Source: an uncultured Clostridia bacterium
GTDB lineage: Bacteria; Bacillota; Clostridia; TANB77; CAG-508
Direction of reading: 5' to 3'
Assembly (NCBI GenBank): GCA_934167135.1
Contig: CAKPKI010000001.1
Span: 1-51,042 of the forward strand
DNA length: 51,042 bases
Shown: positions 35,500 through 44,185 of the stretch, piece after piece
Layout of the letters: every line of letters starts with the position of its first letter
How positions within the stretch are numbered: the stretch's first letter is position 1
Position numbers and translations under genes: made by a program
Notes under the pieces: model-generated
The model's database searches: none
The model's input: only the letters and a program-made list of their open reading frames with translations
What the model was told of the DNA's origin: nothing

Positions 35500-35865
35500 T
35501 TATATAATTTTAGGTATAAATATTATAGCTCCTATTATTGCAGAACCAATTGCCAATGTTAATACTGCTCCAGCCGAAATATCTTTAGCAAGCTTAGCAT
35601 ATGGATTTTTCTGTGGACTTATCATATCTACAACTGTTTCTATTGCAGTATTAAATAATTCAGCTGAAATTACCATTACAATTGCTATAACTATAATACA
35701 CCACTCAATTTTATTTAGTTTAAAAAATATCCCTAAGGCAATGACTATAATCATTGCCATTATGTGTATTTTCATATTTCTTTCTGTCTTAAAAGATGAT
35801 ATAAAACCTTCTATTGCATATTTAAAGCTATTTATCATTTTTTTATATTCTTGTTTTGGATTCAT
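35500..35865 (-). CDS. dgkA: Diacylglycerol/undecaprenol kinase (DgkA family)
   Basis: 121-aa 3-TM protein with FKYAIEGF...ERNMKIH...ELFNTAIE...AKDISAGAV. Confidence 0.85.
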   Translation of the reverse strand: MNPKQEYKKMINSFKYAIEGFISSFKTERNMKIHIMAMIIVIALGIFFKLNKIEWCIIVIAIVMVISAELFNTAIETVVDMISPQKNPYAKLAKDISAGAVLTLAIGSAIIGAIIFIPKII

Positions 35866-35880
35866 ATGTTCTCCTTAAAA

Positions 35881-37071
35881 CTATTTTATTAATCTTTCTG
35901 TCTCTTTTGCAATCATAAGTTCTTCGTTTGTAGGAATTACATAAACTTTGATTTTAGAATCTGGAGTAGAAATTTCTTTTTCTTCTCCTCTCATATTGTT
36001 TGCTTCTACATCAATATTAACTCCCATAAATTCAAGTTTTTCACAAATTCCTTTTCTGATATTTATTTGGTTTTCTCCAATTCCTCCTGTAAATACTATG
36101 TAATCTACTCCATTCATTGCAATTGCATATTTTGCTATATATGAAGCTATTTCATATTTAAATTTTTCTATTGCAATTGCAGCACTTTCACTATCACCAT
36201 AAGAAGCTAATTCTATTTCTCTAAAATCTGGTGCTAATTCTGATATAGCTTGAAGTCCTGATTTTTTATTTAGTATATCTTCTGTTTGGTCAGGCGTTAA
36301 TCCTTCTTTTCTCATTATAAATGTTACAACAGATGGATCAAGGTCACCTGAACGAGTTACCATTGGAATTCCTCCAAGTGGTGTTAATCCCATACTTGTA
36401 TCTAAAGATTTTCCATCTTTTACAGCACATATACTTGAACCTTGTCCTATATGACATGTAACAATTTTTAAATCTTTAACATCTTTTTTTACAATTTCAG
36501 CTAATCTTTGAGAAACATACATATGAGAAGTTCCATGAGCACCATATTTTCTTACTCCGTATTTTTCATAATATTCATATGGGATTGGATATATGTATTT
36601 TTCTTTTGGCATTGTTTGATGAAATGTAGTATCAAATACTGCTACCATTGGCTTTCCTGGCATAACATTCATACATGCTTTCATTCCTAATATTGCTGCT
36701 GGGTTATGTAATGGTGCAAATATTCCACATTCACTTATTTGTTCCATAACTTTTTCATTTATTACTGCTGATTCTTTGAATATTTCTCCTCCATGTACAA
36801 CTCTATGACCAATTGCTTCAATTTCATCTAAACTATCAATAACTTTATATTTTGGGTTAGTAAATTGTTCAAGTGTAAATTCTATTGCTTCTTTGTGGTC
36901 ATATGCTGGTTTTTTGATTTTAACTTTTTGACCATTTACTTTATGTGTTATAAAAGCCTCTGCTTCTCCTATTCTCTCATATTTTCCAGAAGCTAGAACT
37001 TCTTCTGTTTCCATATTTATTAATTGATATTTTAGTGATGAGCTACCACAATTTAATACTAATATTTTCAT
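35881..37071 (-). CDS. ackA: Acetate kinase (copy 2 in the operon)
   Basis: MKILVLNCGSSSLKYQL, GHRVVHGG, HGTSH and TGGIGEN. Confidence 0.9.
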   Translation of the reverse strand: MKILVLNCGSSSLKYQLINMETEEVLASGKYERIGEAEAFITHKVNGQKVKIKKPAYDHKEAIEFTLEQFTNPKYKVIDSLDEIEAIGHRVVHGGEIFKESAVINEKVMEQISECGIFAPLHNPAAILGMKACMNVMPGKPMVAVFDTTFHQTMPKEKYIYPIPYEYYEKYGVRKYGAHGTSHMYVSQRLAEIVKKDVKDLKIVTCHIGQGSSICAVKDGKSLDTSMGLTPLGGIPMVTRSGDLDPSVVTFIMRKEGLTPDQTEDILNKKSGLQAISELAPDFREIELASYGDSESAAIAIEKFKYEIASYIAKYAIAMNGVDYIVFTGGIGENQINIRKGICEKLEFMGVNIDVEANNMRGEEKEISTPDSKIKVYVIPTNEELMIAKETERLIK

Positions 37072-37092
37072 TTTTTTATTATTCCTTTCCTT

Positions 37093-38286
37093 TTAATTTT
37101 TTACAATTTCTTCTGTTTCTTTGGCAATCATTAGTTCCTCATTTGTTGGAACTACAAAAACTTTTACTTTTGAGTTTGGAGATGAAATTTCTGCTTCCTC
37201 TCCTTTTATTATATTTTCCTTTCCTGATATTTCTACACCCAATACTTCAAGATACTTGCATATTTCACTCCTAGAATAAGGCGATTTTTCTCCAACACCA
37301 GCAGTAAATGTTATTACATCTATTCCACTCATTGCCACTGCACATTTTGCAATATATCCAGCTATTGAGTAATGATAAACATCTAATGCTAATTTTGCAA
37401 GTTTTCCACCTGCTAATGCTTCTGCTTCTATATCTCTAAAATCAACAGAAACCATGGATGTACCAAATACACCTGATTCTTTATTTAAAATATTTTCCAT
37501 TTCATCAGGACTTAAATTCTCTTTTTTCATTAAAAATGTTATAACTGATGGATCTAAATCTCCTGAACGAGTTCCCATTGGAATTCCTCCAAGTGGTGTT
37601 AATCCCATACTAGTTTCTACTGATTCACCATTCTTTATAGCACATATACTTGCTCCTTGTCCTAAATGACAATTTACAATTTTTAATTCTTTAATGTCTT
37701 TTCCTATTATTTCTGCTACTCTATTTGCTACATACTGGTGTGAGGTACCATGAAATCCATATTTTCTTACATGATATTTTTTATAAAATTCATATGGAAT
37801 TGGATATATGTATTTTTCCTTTGATATCGTTTGATGAAATGCGGTATCAAATACTGCCACCATAGGTTTATTAGGTATAACTTTTTTACATGCTTCTATT
37901 CCTAAAACTGCTGATGGGTTATGCAATGGTGCTAATTCTCGTGTATTTTTAATTTCTTCTATTACTTCATCTGTTATTAGAACTGCATTTTTAAATTTTT
38001 CTCCTCCATGTACAACTCTGTGCCCAATTGCATCTAGTTCATCTAAACTTTTAAATATTCCATAAACTTCATTTGTTAATCTTTCCATTACAAATTGTAT
38101 GGCTTTTTCATGATTTTTTACAGGATGTTCAAATTTGTGTTTTTCTCCATTTACTTTATGTCTTAAAAAAGAACCAGCTTGACCTACTCTTTCGTAATTT
38201 CCTTTTACAAGCATTTCTCCTGTATCTGAATCTATAACTTGGTATTTTAAAGATGAACTGCCTGAATTTAATACTAATATCTTCAT
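37093..38286 (-). CDS. ackA: Acetate/propionate kinase family (copy 1 in the operon)
   Basis: MKILVLNSGSSSLKYQV, GHRVVHGG, HGTSH and TAGVGEK. Paralog of 35881-37071. Confidence 0.88.
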   Translation of the reverse strand: MKILVLNSGSSSLKYQVIDSDTGEMLVKGNYERVGQAGSFLRHKVNGEKHKFEHPVKNHEKAIQFVMERLTNEVYGIFKSLDELDAIGHRVVHGGEKFKNAVLITDEVIEEIKNTRELAPLHNPSAVLGIEACKKVIPNKPMVAVFDTAFHQTISKEKYIYPIPYEFYKKYHVRKYGFHGTSHQYVANRVAEIIGKDIKELKIVNCHLGQGASICAIKNGESVETSMGLTPLGGIPMGTRSGDLDPSVITFLMKKENLSPDEMENILNKESGVFGTSMVSVDFRDIEAEALAGGKLAKLALDVYHYSIAGYIAKCAVAMSGIDVITFTAGVGEKSPYSRSEICKYLEVLGVEISGKENIIKGEEAEISSPNSKVKVFVVPTNEELMIAKETEEIVKN

Positions 38287-38308
38287 ACTATCCCTCCCAG
38301 GTTTTATT

Positions 38309-39307
38309 TTATTTTTGTTGTGCTTGAACTGCTGTTATTGCAACTACTCCAGCTACATCAACACTACTGCATCCTCTTGATAAGTCGTTTACAGGTTTTG
38401 CAATTCCTTGACAAAGTGGTCCATATGCTTCTGCTTTTGCTAGTCTTTGAACTAGTTTATATCCTATGTTTCCAGCTCCTAAATCTGGAAATACTAATAC
38501 ATTTGCCTGACCTTTTAAAGGACTTCCTTTTGCTTTAAATTCTGCAACTTCTGGAATTATTGCTGCATCTAATTGTAATTCTCCATCAACTAATAAATTA
38601 GGTTCTTTTTCTTTTACTAATTTTGTTGCTTCAATAACTTTTTCTGTTGATGCAGAATGTGCACTTCCATATGTTGAATATGATAACATTGCTACTTTAG
38701 GTTGTTTTCCTACTAATTGCTCAAAACTTTTGCTTGATGAAATTGCTATTTCTGAAAGTTTTTCTGAATCTGGTTCTTCATTCAGTCCGCTATCTGCAAA
38801 TATAAATGTTCCATTTTCTCCATATTGACAGTCTGGTACTACCATTACAAAAAATGCTGATACTAATTTTGTTCCTGGTGCTGTTTTTAGTATTTGTAAT
38901 GCTGGTCTTAATGTGTCTGATGTTGAGTGTGCTGCTCCTGATACAAGCCCGTCTGCTTCGTCTAATTTTACCATCATCATTCCAAAGTATACAGGTTCTA
39001 ATACTAACTGATTAGCTTGTTCTTCTGTCATTCCTTTTGCTTTTCTTAATTCATAAAGTGCTTTTGCATATTTTTTTGTTTTTTCTGATTTTGCTGGGTC
39101 TACAATTTCGGTTCCACTAATATCTATATTTTTTTCTTTAGATAACTTTTTGACTTCTTCTTCATTACCTATTAATATTACTTTTGCATATCCTTCTTCT
39201 TTTACTATTTTTGCTGCTTCTAATATTCTTATGTCTGTTGCTTCTGGTAATACTATTGTTTTTATTGATTGTTTTGCTCTTTGTTTTATTTGTTCTATGA
39301 ATGACAT
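38309..39307 (-). CDS. pta: Phosphate acetyltransferase
   Basis: IVLPEATDIRILEAA..., GLVSGAAHSTSDTLRPALQ and SRGCS. The start is at the ATG after AAGAAAGGAAATG. Confidence 0.9.
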   Translation of the reverse strand: MSFIEQIKQRAKQSIKTIVLPEATDIRILEAAKIVKEEGYAKVILIGNEEEVKKLSKEKNIDISGTEIVDPAKSEKTKKYAKALYELRKAKGMTEEQANQLVLEPVYFGMMMVKLDEADGLVSGAAHSTSDTLRPALQILKTAPGTKLVSAFFVMVVPDCQYGENGTFIFADSGLNEEPDSEKLSEIAISSSKSFEQLVGKQPKVAMLSYSTYGSAHSASTEKVIEATKLVKEKEPNLLVDGELQLDAAIIPEVAEFKAKGSPLKGQANVLVFPDLGAGNIGYKLVQRLAKAEAYGPLCQGIAKPVNDLSRGCSSVDVAGVVAITAVQAQQK

Positions 39308-39431
39308 ATTTATCATTTCCTTTCTTGTTTTTTTCACCCTTACTATATCATATTTTACACAAAAACACAATATATTTCGACTATAAATATAAAACTCTAG
39401 TATAGGCTAATTATTTATTATAATTCATACT

Positions 39432-39518
39432 AAGAAATCATTAAAATAAATTAGAATTTCTTAAATTTTGTAATAAACCGAGGAATGTAATGAAAAACTT
39501 ATATTTTAATGATTTCTT
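39432..39518 (-). repeat. Copy C, a miniature (about 87 bp) derivative of the nested-palindrome repeat
   Basis: It matches the 22556-22630 part of copy B (TTCTTAAATTTTGTAATAAACCGAGGAATGTAAT). It has its own 17-bp terminal inverted repeats, AAGAAATCATTAAAATA / TATTTTAATGATTTCTT. Confidence 0.7.
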
Positions 39519-39554
39519 GTAAAAAGTAACTAATAATACATTATCTTATAATAA

Positions 39555-39579
39555 AACTCCCATATATTATAAGGGAGTT
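39555..39579 (-). terminator. Terminator of gerQ
   Basis: AACTCCC-loop-GGGAGTT followed by a T-run on the minus strand. Confidence 0.6.
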
Positions 39580-39584
39580 ACTGT

Positions 39585-39959
39585 TTAAAAGTTTGGTATA
39601 CCTGGTCCTGGATAATATCTATTATTCATCATGTTTGCATTCATCGTTCCATAAAAGCCTGTAGTAGATATCGTAATAAATTTAATTGCATAAATATCAC
39701 AATAAACTAAACTATCATTTTCAAATGAACGTAATAATATGTAGCTTGCACCTACATCTTCAAGAATTCCTATTCTATCTGTCATTGTATTAGTTCCAAT
39801 TAAAAATTCTACTCTCATTAGTTTACCTATTTGTTCTCTTAAAAATGCTGGTGTATATATAGGATTTGTTAATATTTCTGGAGAATTTTGGTCTATGTTT
39901 ATGTTTCTGTTTTCTACTTTAACTTCTCTTTTGTCTTGGCTTTCTTCCATATTTGCCAT
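39585..39959 (-). CDS. gerQ: Spore coat protein GerQ-like
   Basis: Located immediately downstream of a cwlJ-like gene, as in Bacillus. The central pattern LMRVEFLIGTNTMTDRIGILEDVGASYILLRS...YCDIYAIKFI fits the GerQ family. Confidence 0.6.
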   Translation of the reverse strand: MANMEESQDKREVKVENRNINIDQNSPEILTNPIYTPAFLREQIGKLMRVEFLIGTNTMTDRIGILEDVGASYILLRSFENDSLVYCDIYAIKFITISTTGFYGTMNANMMNNRYYPGPGIPNF

Positions 39960-39986
39960 TATTAAACACACTTCCTTTCTCTAATT

Positions 39987-40433
39987 TTAGGTTTGTGCAT
40001 ATTTAGAAGTAGGTCTGTAGAAACAATGATTTCCATATCTAGTATGAAGGGTTCCTGAACCATTACTTGGAAATACTGAACCACAGGTTGGTCTAAATGG
40101 ATTTAAATACCACAAACATTCTCCTATTTCATTAAGCGTGTTTCCTGACAATGCCCAATCAGCTATTTGATAATGTATATCTGTCGGATTCATATTGTAA
40201 ATTGTTTGTGGATTATATGCTCCATTTATTGTTTCTCTTACACAATCAAATTGCCCTGGTTGGAAAATTATATTTCTTATGTTTCCACCTTGAGATACTC
40301 TTGAATATTCCCCTTCTGATGTTCTTACTCTATTCATAACAACTGTTAGCACTGCTTTCATTCCATTGTCTCCTTCACCACCAGCTTCGCATTGTGCAAT
40401 TCTTGCTAATAATTCTCTTTCTGAATATGCCAC
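39987..40433 (-). CDS. cwlJ: Spore cortex-lytic cell wall hydrolase CwlJ/SleB family
   Basis: LLARIAQCEAGGEG..GMKAVLTVVMNRV...QPGQFDCV (Hydrolase_2 pattern). GTG start after AGAGGTGAT. Confidence 0.8.
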   Translation of the reverse strand: MAYSERELLARIAQCEAGGEGDNGMKAVLTVVMNRVRTSEGEYSRVSQGGNIRNIIFQPGQFDCVRETINGAYNPQTIYNMNPTDIHYQIADWALSGNTLNEIGECLWYLNPFRPTCGSVFPSNGSGTLHTRYGNHCFYRPTSKYAQT

Positions 40434-40570
40434 TTTTATCACCTCTTGTTTAATAATATGCATTAGTTTTAAAAGTGTGCACTTTTTTCTTTTCTCATAA
40501 TCTGATTTTTTGTTATATCATATTTTTCAAAATACTTAAAACTGTGATTTTGTAGTAATAATTAGGAAAA

Positions 40571-40602
40571 CCCCCTAGAACAAGTATACTTGTTCTAGGG
40601 GG
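40571..40602 (-). terminator. Strong GC-rich terminator after the 107-aa ORF
   Basis: Perfect 32-nt palindrome CCCCCTAGAACAAGTA/TACTTGTTCTAGGGGG, followed by TTTTCC on the minus strand. Confidence 0.75.
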
Positions 40603-40610
40603 TGGAAAAA

Positions 40611-40934
40611 TTACATCTCTTCAGCAAGTTCTTTGATAAAGAACTTAACATCAGATTCGATTCCTGCACTACGCATTCCTTCTAAAATCTGTTGTTTCAC
40701 TGGATGTCTTTCTTCCTCTTTTACTGTAAGAGGTTTGAAAGACGGTACTACTGACGATTGCATAGCAATTTCATTATACAGATTTTCTGTATTTTTCTTT
40801 ACTTTTACAATTACAATACCCTTTACCAGCATTTCGTACCCTGCCATAACAGGATTGATACCTGTTTCCCGTACGATTGCTCTTGCCTTTGATGTTAATC
40901 CTGGATAGTCCTTTACTCTAATAATATTTTCCAT
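40611..40934 (-). CDS. Stand-alone Spo0A-C-terminal-domain-like protein (107 aa)
   Basis: GINPVMAGYEMLVKGIVIV...LYNEIA and the C-terminal DVKFFIKELAEEM loosely parallel the Spo0A DNA-binding domain (GVPAHIKGYLYLREAI...LYPDIA...EFIAMVADKL). The gene is visibly less AT-rich than its surroundings. Confidence 0.35.
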   Translation of the reverse strand: MENIIRVKDYPGLTSKARAIVRETGINPVMAGYEMLVKGIVIVKVKKNTENLYNEIAMQSSVVPSFKPLTVKEEERHPVKQQILEGMRSAGIESDVKFFIKELAEEM

Positions 40935-41098
40935 ATTCTTTCCTCCTCGTGGGTCATTTATAATCCCACTAGTATATAATTTTTTGTGTCAAAATTATAA
41001 TAACATATTTCCTAATATTTGTCAAGTGTTATGTAAATTTTTATTTGATATTTATTTAACTATATTTATTATATTGTAATATTTTTTATCTTAATCAC

Positions 41099-41569
41099 TT
41101 AAAAGAATATCATATATGTTAATAATGCTAACACTCTGATTTTTGTTAAATCCTCTTTCATAAATACATCTGTTGTATCATTTTCTGGTTTTTCGTCAAC
41201 TATATTTATCTCATAAGCTTTTACATCTTGTATTTTGAAATATGTTTCAAAATTTTTCACTTCATTTGCTCTTAAATTTCCTATATCTAAATAGTTTGTT
41301 CCTAACAAATTACCACTATCAGCATACAAGTCTATTTTTAAATATTTTCCGCTTAAATCATTTTCTTCACTATTAGCTACTGTTCCTATTACTCTACCAT
41401 TTACTTTTGTAGCTTCAGCACTTTTTATTGTTATTTGTTTAGCAATATCTCCTTTGTTTTTTATATCTTTATATGTTGAATTTACTCCATAATATATTAA
41501 AATATCAGATAATATCCAAAATAATATTAACCAAATTGCATATTTGACAAATGTTTTTAAAGTACTCAT
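41099..41569 (-). CDS. Membrane-anchored protein, possibly FxLYD-domain
   Basis: N-terminal TM segment followed by a beta-rich region with KIDLYADSGNLLG, resembling FxLYD-domain proteins. Confidence 0.4.
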   Translation of the reverse strand: MSTLKTFVKYAIWLILFWILSDILIYYGVNSTYKDIKNKGDIAKQITIKSAEATKVNGRVIGTVANSEENDLSGKYLKIDLYADSGNLLGTNYLDIGNLRANEVKNFETYFKIQDVKAYEINIVDEKPENDTTDVFMKEDLTKIRVLALLTYMIFF

Positions 41570-41673
41570 ATTTTACCTCCATCCCTTTTTCCTCTTAATT
41601 ATACAATATTTTTACTATAATAGCAAGTTTTTTATGATACTCAATTTGTTACCCATGCTGGGCATACTACAAA

Positions 41674-41699
41674 AAAAGTTCCCTATATAGGAAACTTTT
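41674..41699 (-). terminator. Terminator of the GGDEF gene
   Basis: On the minus strand: AAAAGTTTCC-TATATA-GGGAACTTTTTTT. Confidence 0.5.
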
Positions 41700-41705
41700 C
41701 TAACA

Positions 41706-42828
41706 TTATTTATTTTTTGACTTTCTTTTTTCTTTATACTGATACATGTTTTCATCAGCTTTAATCCTGACACTCCTTATATCAGTATCTTCCAATGGAT
41801 TATATATTGCAAATCCATAGGAGACATGTGGCAATTCTTTTATTTCCTGCCTTTTTGCCATTAAGGCTTTCGTAAAATTAGAATTAATTTTTTCTATTTC
41901 ATTAATTTTCTTTTCTAATATTACTGCAAACTCGTCTCCTCCAATCCGATAACACCATCCATATTTTACATATTGATTTTTTAGTATTTCCGCTATAATA
42001 CTGAGCATTTCATCTCCAACTAAATGTCCCAGATTATCATTAATGCTTTTAAAATTATCAGCATCAAATATTATAAGAGCAAACTCTCTCTTATGTTTTC
42101 TACAAAAAAATAAATTATAACTATTACGATCTAACAATTTTGTTAAATCATCTTCTCCTTGTTTCAATTCTTTATAATAAATATATACATATATTACAAA
42201 AGTCGACACAGTAAACCAAATTATATTGGTTTCTGGATTAGCTATCTGCATAAGCATTCCAAAAATAAAAAATAATAAAATTGCCCAAAAATTAGGTTTA
42301 TTACTACTTTGGTAATATTTACTTAATTTCATTATTTGTGAAAACATATATGCTACCAAGATAAGAAGAGTAATAACAACTTCCTCTATGGTATGTGTTT
42401 TTAGAATCTATATAATATATATCCAACACTAATAAAACTATTGCTTCAAAAATACAGATTATAATAACCGCAAAAATATTTTTTGTTTTTTCTTTTTTGG
42501 TACTATTATTTCTATCTTCCATTATTCGTGGAGAACATATCATTGGCAAGCTTGGTAAAATAATAAGCTCTATAAATTTTACTATTTTATGTAAATTTAT
42601 ATTTAAAACATATATATTATCAAACTTATTTTCATCTAACTCCAAAGAGATCCAACTACATATAATTCCTATAATAATTCCTATTGAGATTATGCTAAAT
42701 CCAATATTTTTCCGTTTATTGTTTCTCGAAGACAAGTTAACTACTAAAAACACCATTATTACTGCTAATTCCATCATTGCTAATACTGAATAATATTCCA
42801 TATGCTTTCCTCCTAATGTATTATCCAA
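41706..42828 (-). pseudogene. Membrane-bound diguanylate cyclase (GGDEF) split into two ORFs by an apparent frameshift at an A5 tract
   Basis: The downstream ORF carries LIIFDADNFKSINDNLGHLVGD and RIGGDEF. The upstream 169-aa ORF consists only of TM helices. The GGDEF frame is open back to 42407 and reads ILKTHTIEEVVITLLILVAYMF, so a 1-nt change in TTTTT (42398-42402) would fuse the two ORFs. Confidence 0.6.
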
Positions 42829-42974
42829 AAAATAAATAATGCATACTTAAAATTTTTTAAGTATTATTAAAATATTATCTTAAGTATTATACAACTTTTT
42901 ATATATTTTTTCAATACCAATCCCAGCTTTTTTCCAATTTTTGTTACTGATTAATGGATTATTTGTTCGCAGTT

Positions 42975-44168
42975 TTAAAATCTAACAATTTTATTATATG
43001 TATCTATTGCAAAATTATCAGTCATCCCAGAAATATAATAAATAATACCCTTAGAAAAAGATTTCTCATCTTCTATATTTATTATACTTTCATTTTTCTT
43101 AGTTGTTTGCCTTTCTAAATTCCAATAGCTTTCTAACCATTCCATAAAATTTCCTATAACTTCTGGATATATTTTTTTTATTTTTTTCATTTTATATAAA
43201 GTATTTTTTCCATCATATGTACTTTTTAAAGTAAAATATATTTCATTTAACAATATATTAAAATATCGTATGGCTGGTTTTAATTTGTTTGCCTTATATA
43301 TATGTTTATAATTAAATTCTTTTATTTCATTTAACAAGTTAAATGTTTCTTCTGAAAAACATAATCCTTTTTCTGGTGATGAATTTTGGCATAAATCCCA
43401 TATTAAATGATTTATTATTACAGTATTATTTATAACTTCTTTTGAATTAAGTATTTTATATAATTCTTTTAACTTTTCATCTAATATCCCTAAAGTTATT
43501 GCATCTTCTATATCTCTACCTAGATATGATATTTTGTCAGCTATTTTTACAACACAACCTTCCCAAGTATATGGAGAATATTGATTAGGATATTTGTAAT
43601 CATTTAAATCTATAAATTCTTCTCGTGGTTTTAGGCAATTTTCGTCAATTTCTCCACAGTGTGAAATAATCCCATCTCTAACTGCATATGTTAAATTTAG
43701 ATTTTGTTGATTTTTATTTATGTCTTCTAATAGTTCTATTTTGTCAACAAATTCCAAACCATTTCTTTCATGCCAGAATTTTTCGCCAATATCTCTTTCA
43801 GAAATTTGTGATAATATTCTTTCTCCCTCATGTCCAAATGGACTATGACCTATATCATGCCCTGTTGCAATTGCTTTTGTTAATTCTGTATTTAATCCCA
43901 AATATTTCGCAATTGTATAACTTACTGATTCTACATGCATTACATGTTCAATCCTTGTGCATATATGGTCATTTTCTGGAGAGAAAAAAACTTGAGTTTT
44001 ATGTTTCATTCTTCTATATGCATTACAATGTAAGATTCTATTATAATCTCTTTCAAATTCTGAGCGTATATCATTTTCTCTTTTATAAATTTTTTTTTCT
44101 CTTTTTATGATATTTTCCCACTTTGGATTGTTTTTGTTTGCAGAATATTTTTCAAATTCATTTCTCAT
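42975..44168 (-). CDS. dgt: dGTPase-family HD-domain triphosphohydrolase
   Basis: RSEFERDYNRILHCNAYRRMKHKTQVF, TRIEHVMHV and GHDIGHSPFGHEGE. Confidence 0.85.
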   Translation of the reverse strand: MRNEFEKYSANKNNPKWENIIKREKKIYKRENDIRSEFERDYNRILHCNAYRRMKHKTQVFFSPENDHICTRIEHVMHVESVSYTIAKYLGLNTELTKAIATGHDIGHSPFGHEGERILSQISERDIGEKFWHERNGLEFVDKIELLEDINKNQQNLNLTYAVRDGIISHCGEIDENCLKPREEFIDLNDYKYPNQYSPYTWEGCVVKIADKISYLGRDIEDAITLGILDEKLKELYKILNSKEVINNTVIINHLIWDLCQNSSPEKGLCFSEETFNLLNEIKEFNYKHIYKANKLKPAIRYFNILLNEIYFTLKSTYDGKNTLYKMKKIKKIYPEVIGNFMEWLESYWNLERQTTKKNESIINIEDEKSFSKGIIYYISGMTDNFAIDTYNKIVRF

Positions 44169-44185
44169 CCTTTGTTTCCTTTCTA

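Noticed and set aside
42975-44168. dGTPase as an anti-phage dNTP-depletion defence gene
   Set aside because: It sits among core genes (PBP, rny) with no mobile-element signatures and has the standard Dgt motif set. It is most simply a housekeeping enzyme, and sequence alone cannot distinguish the two.
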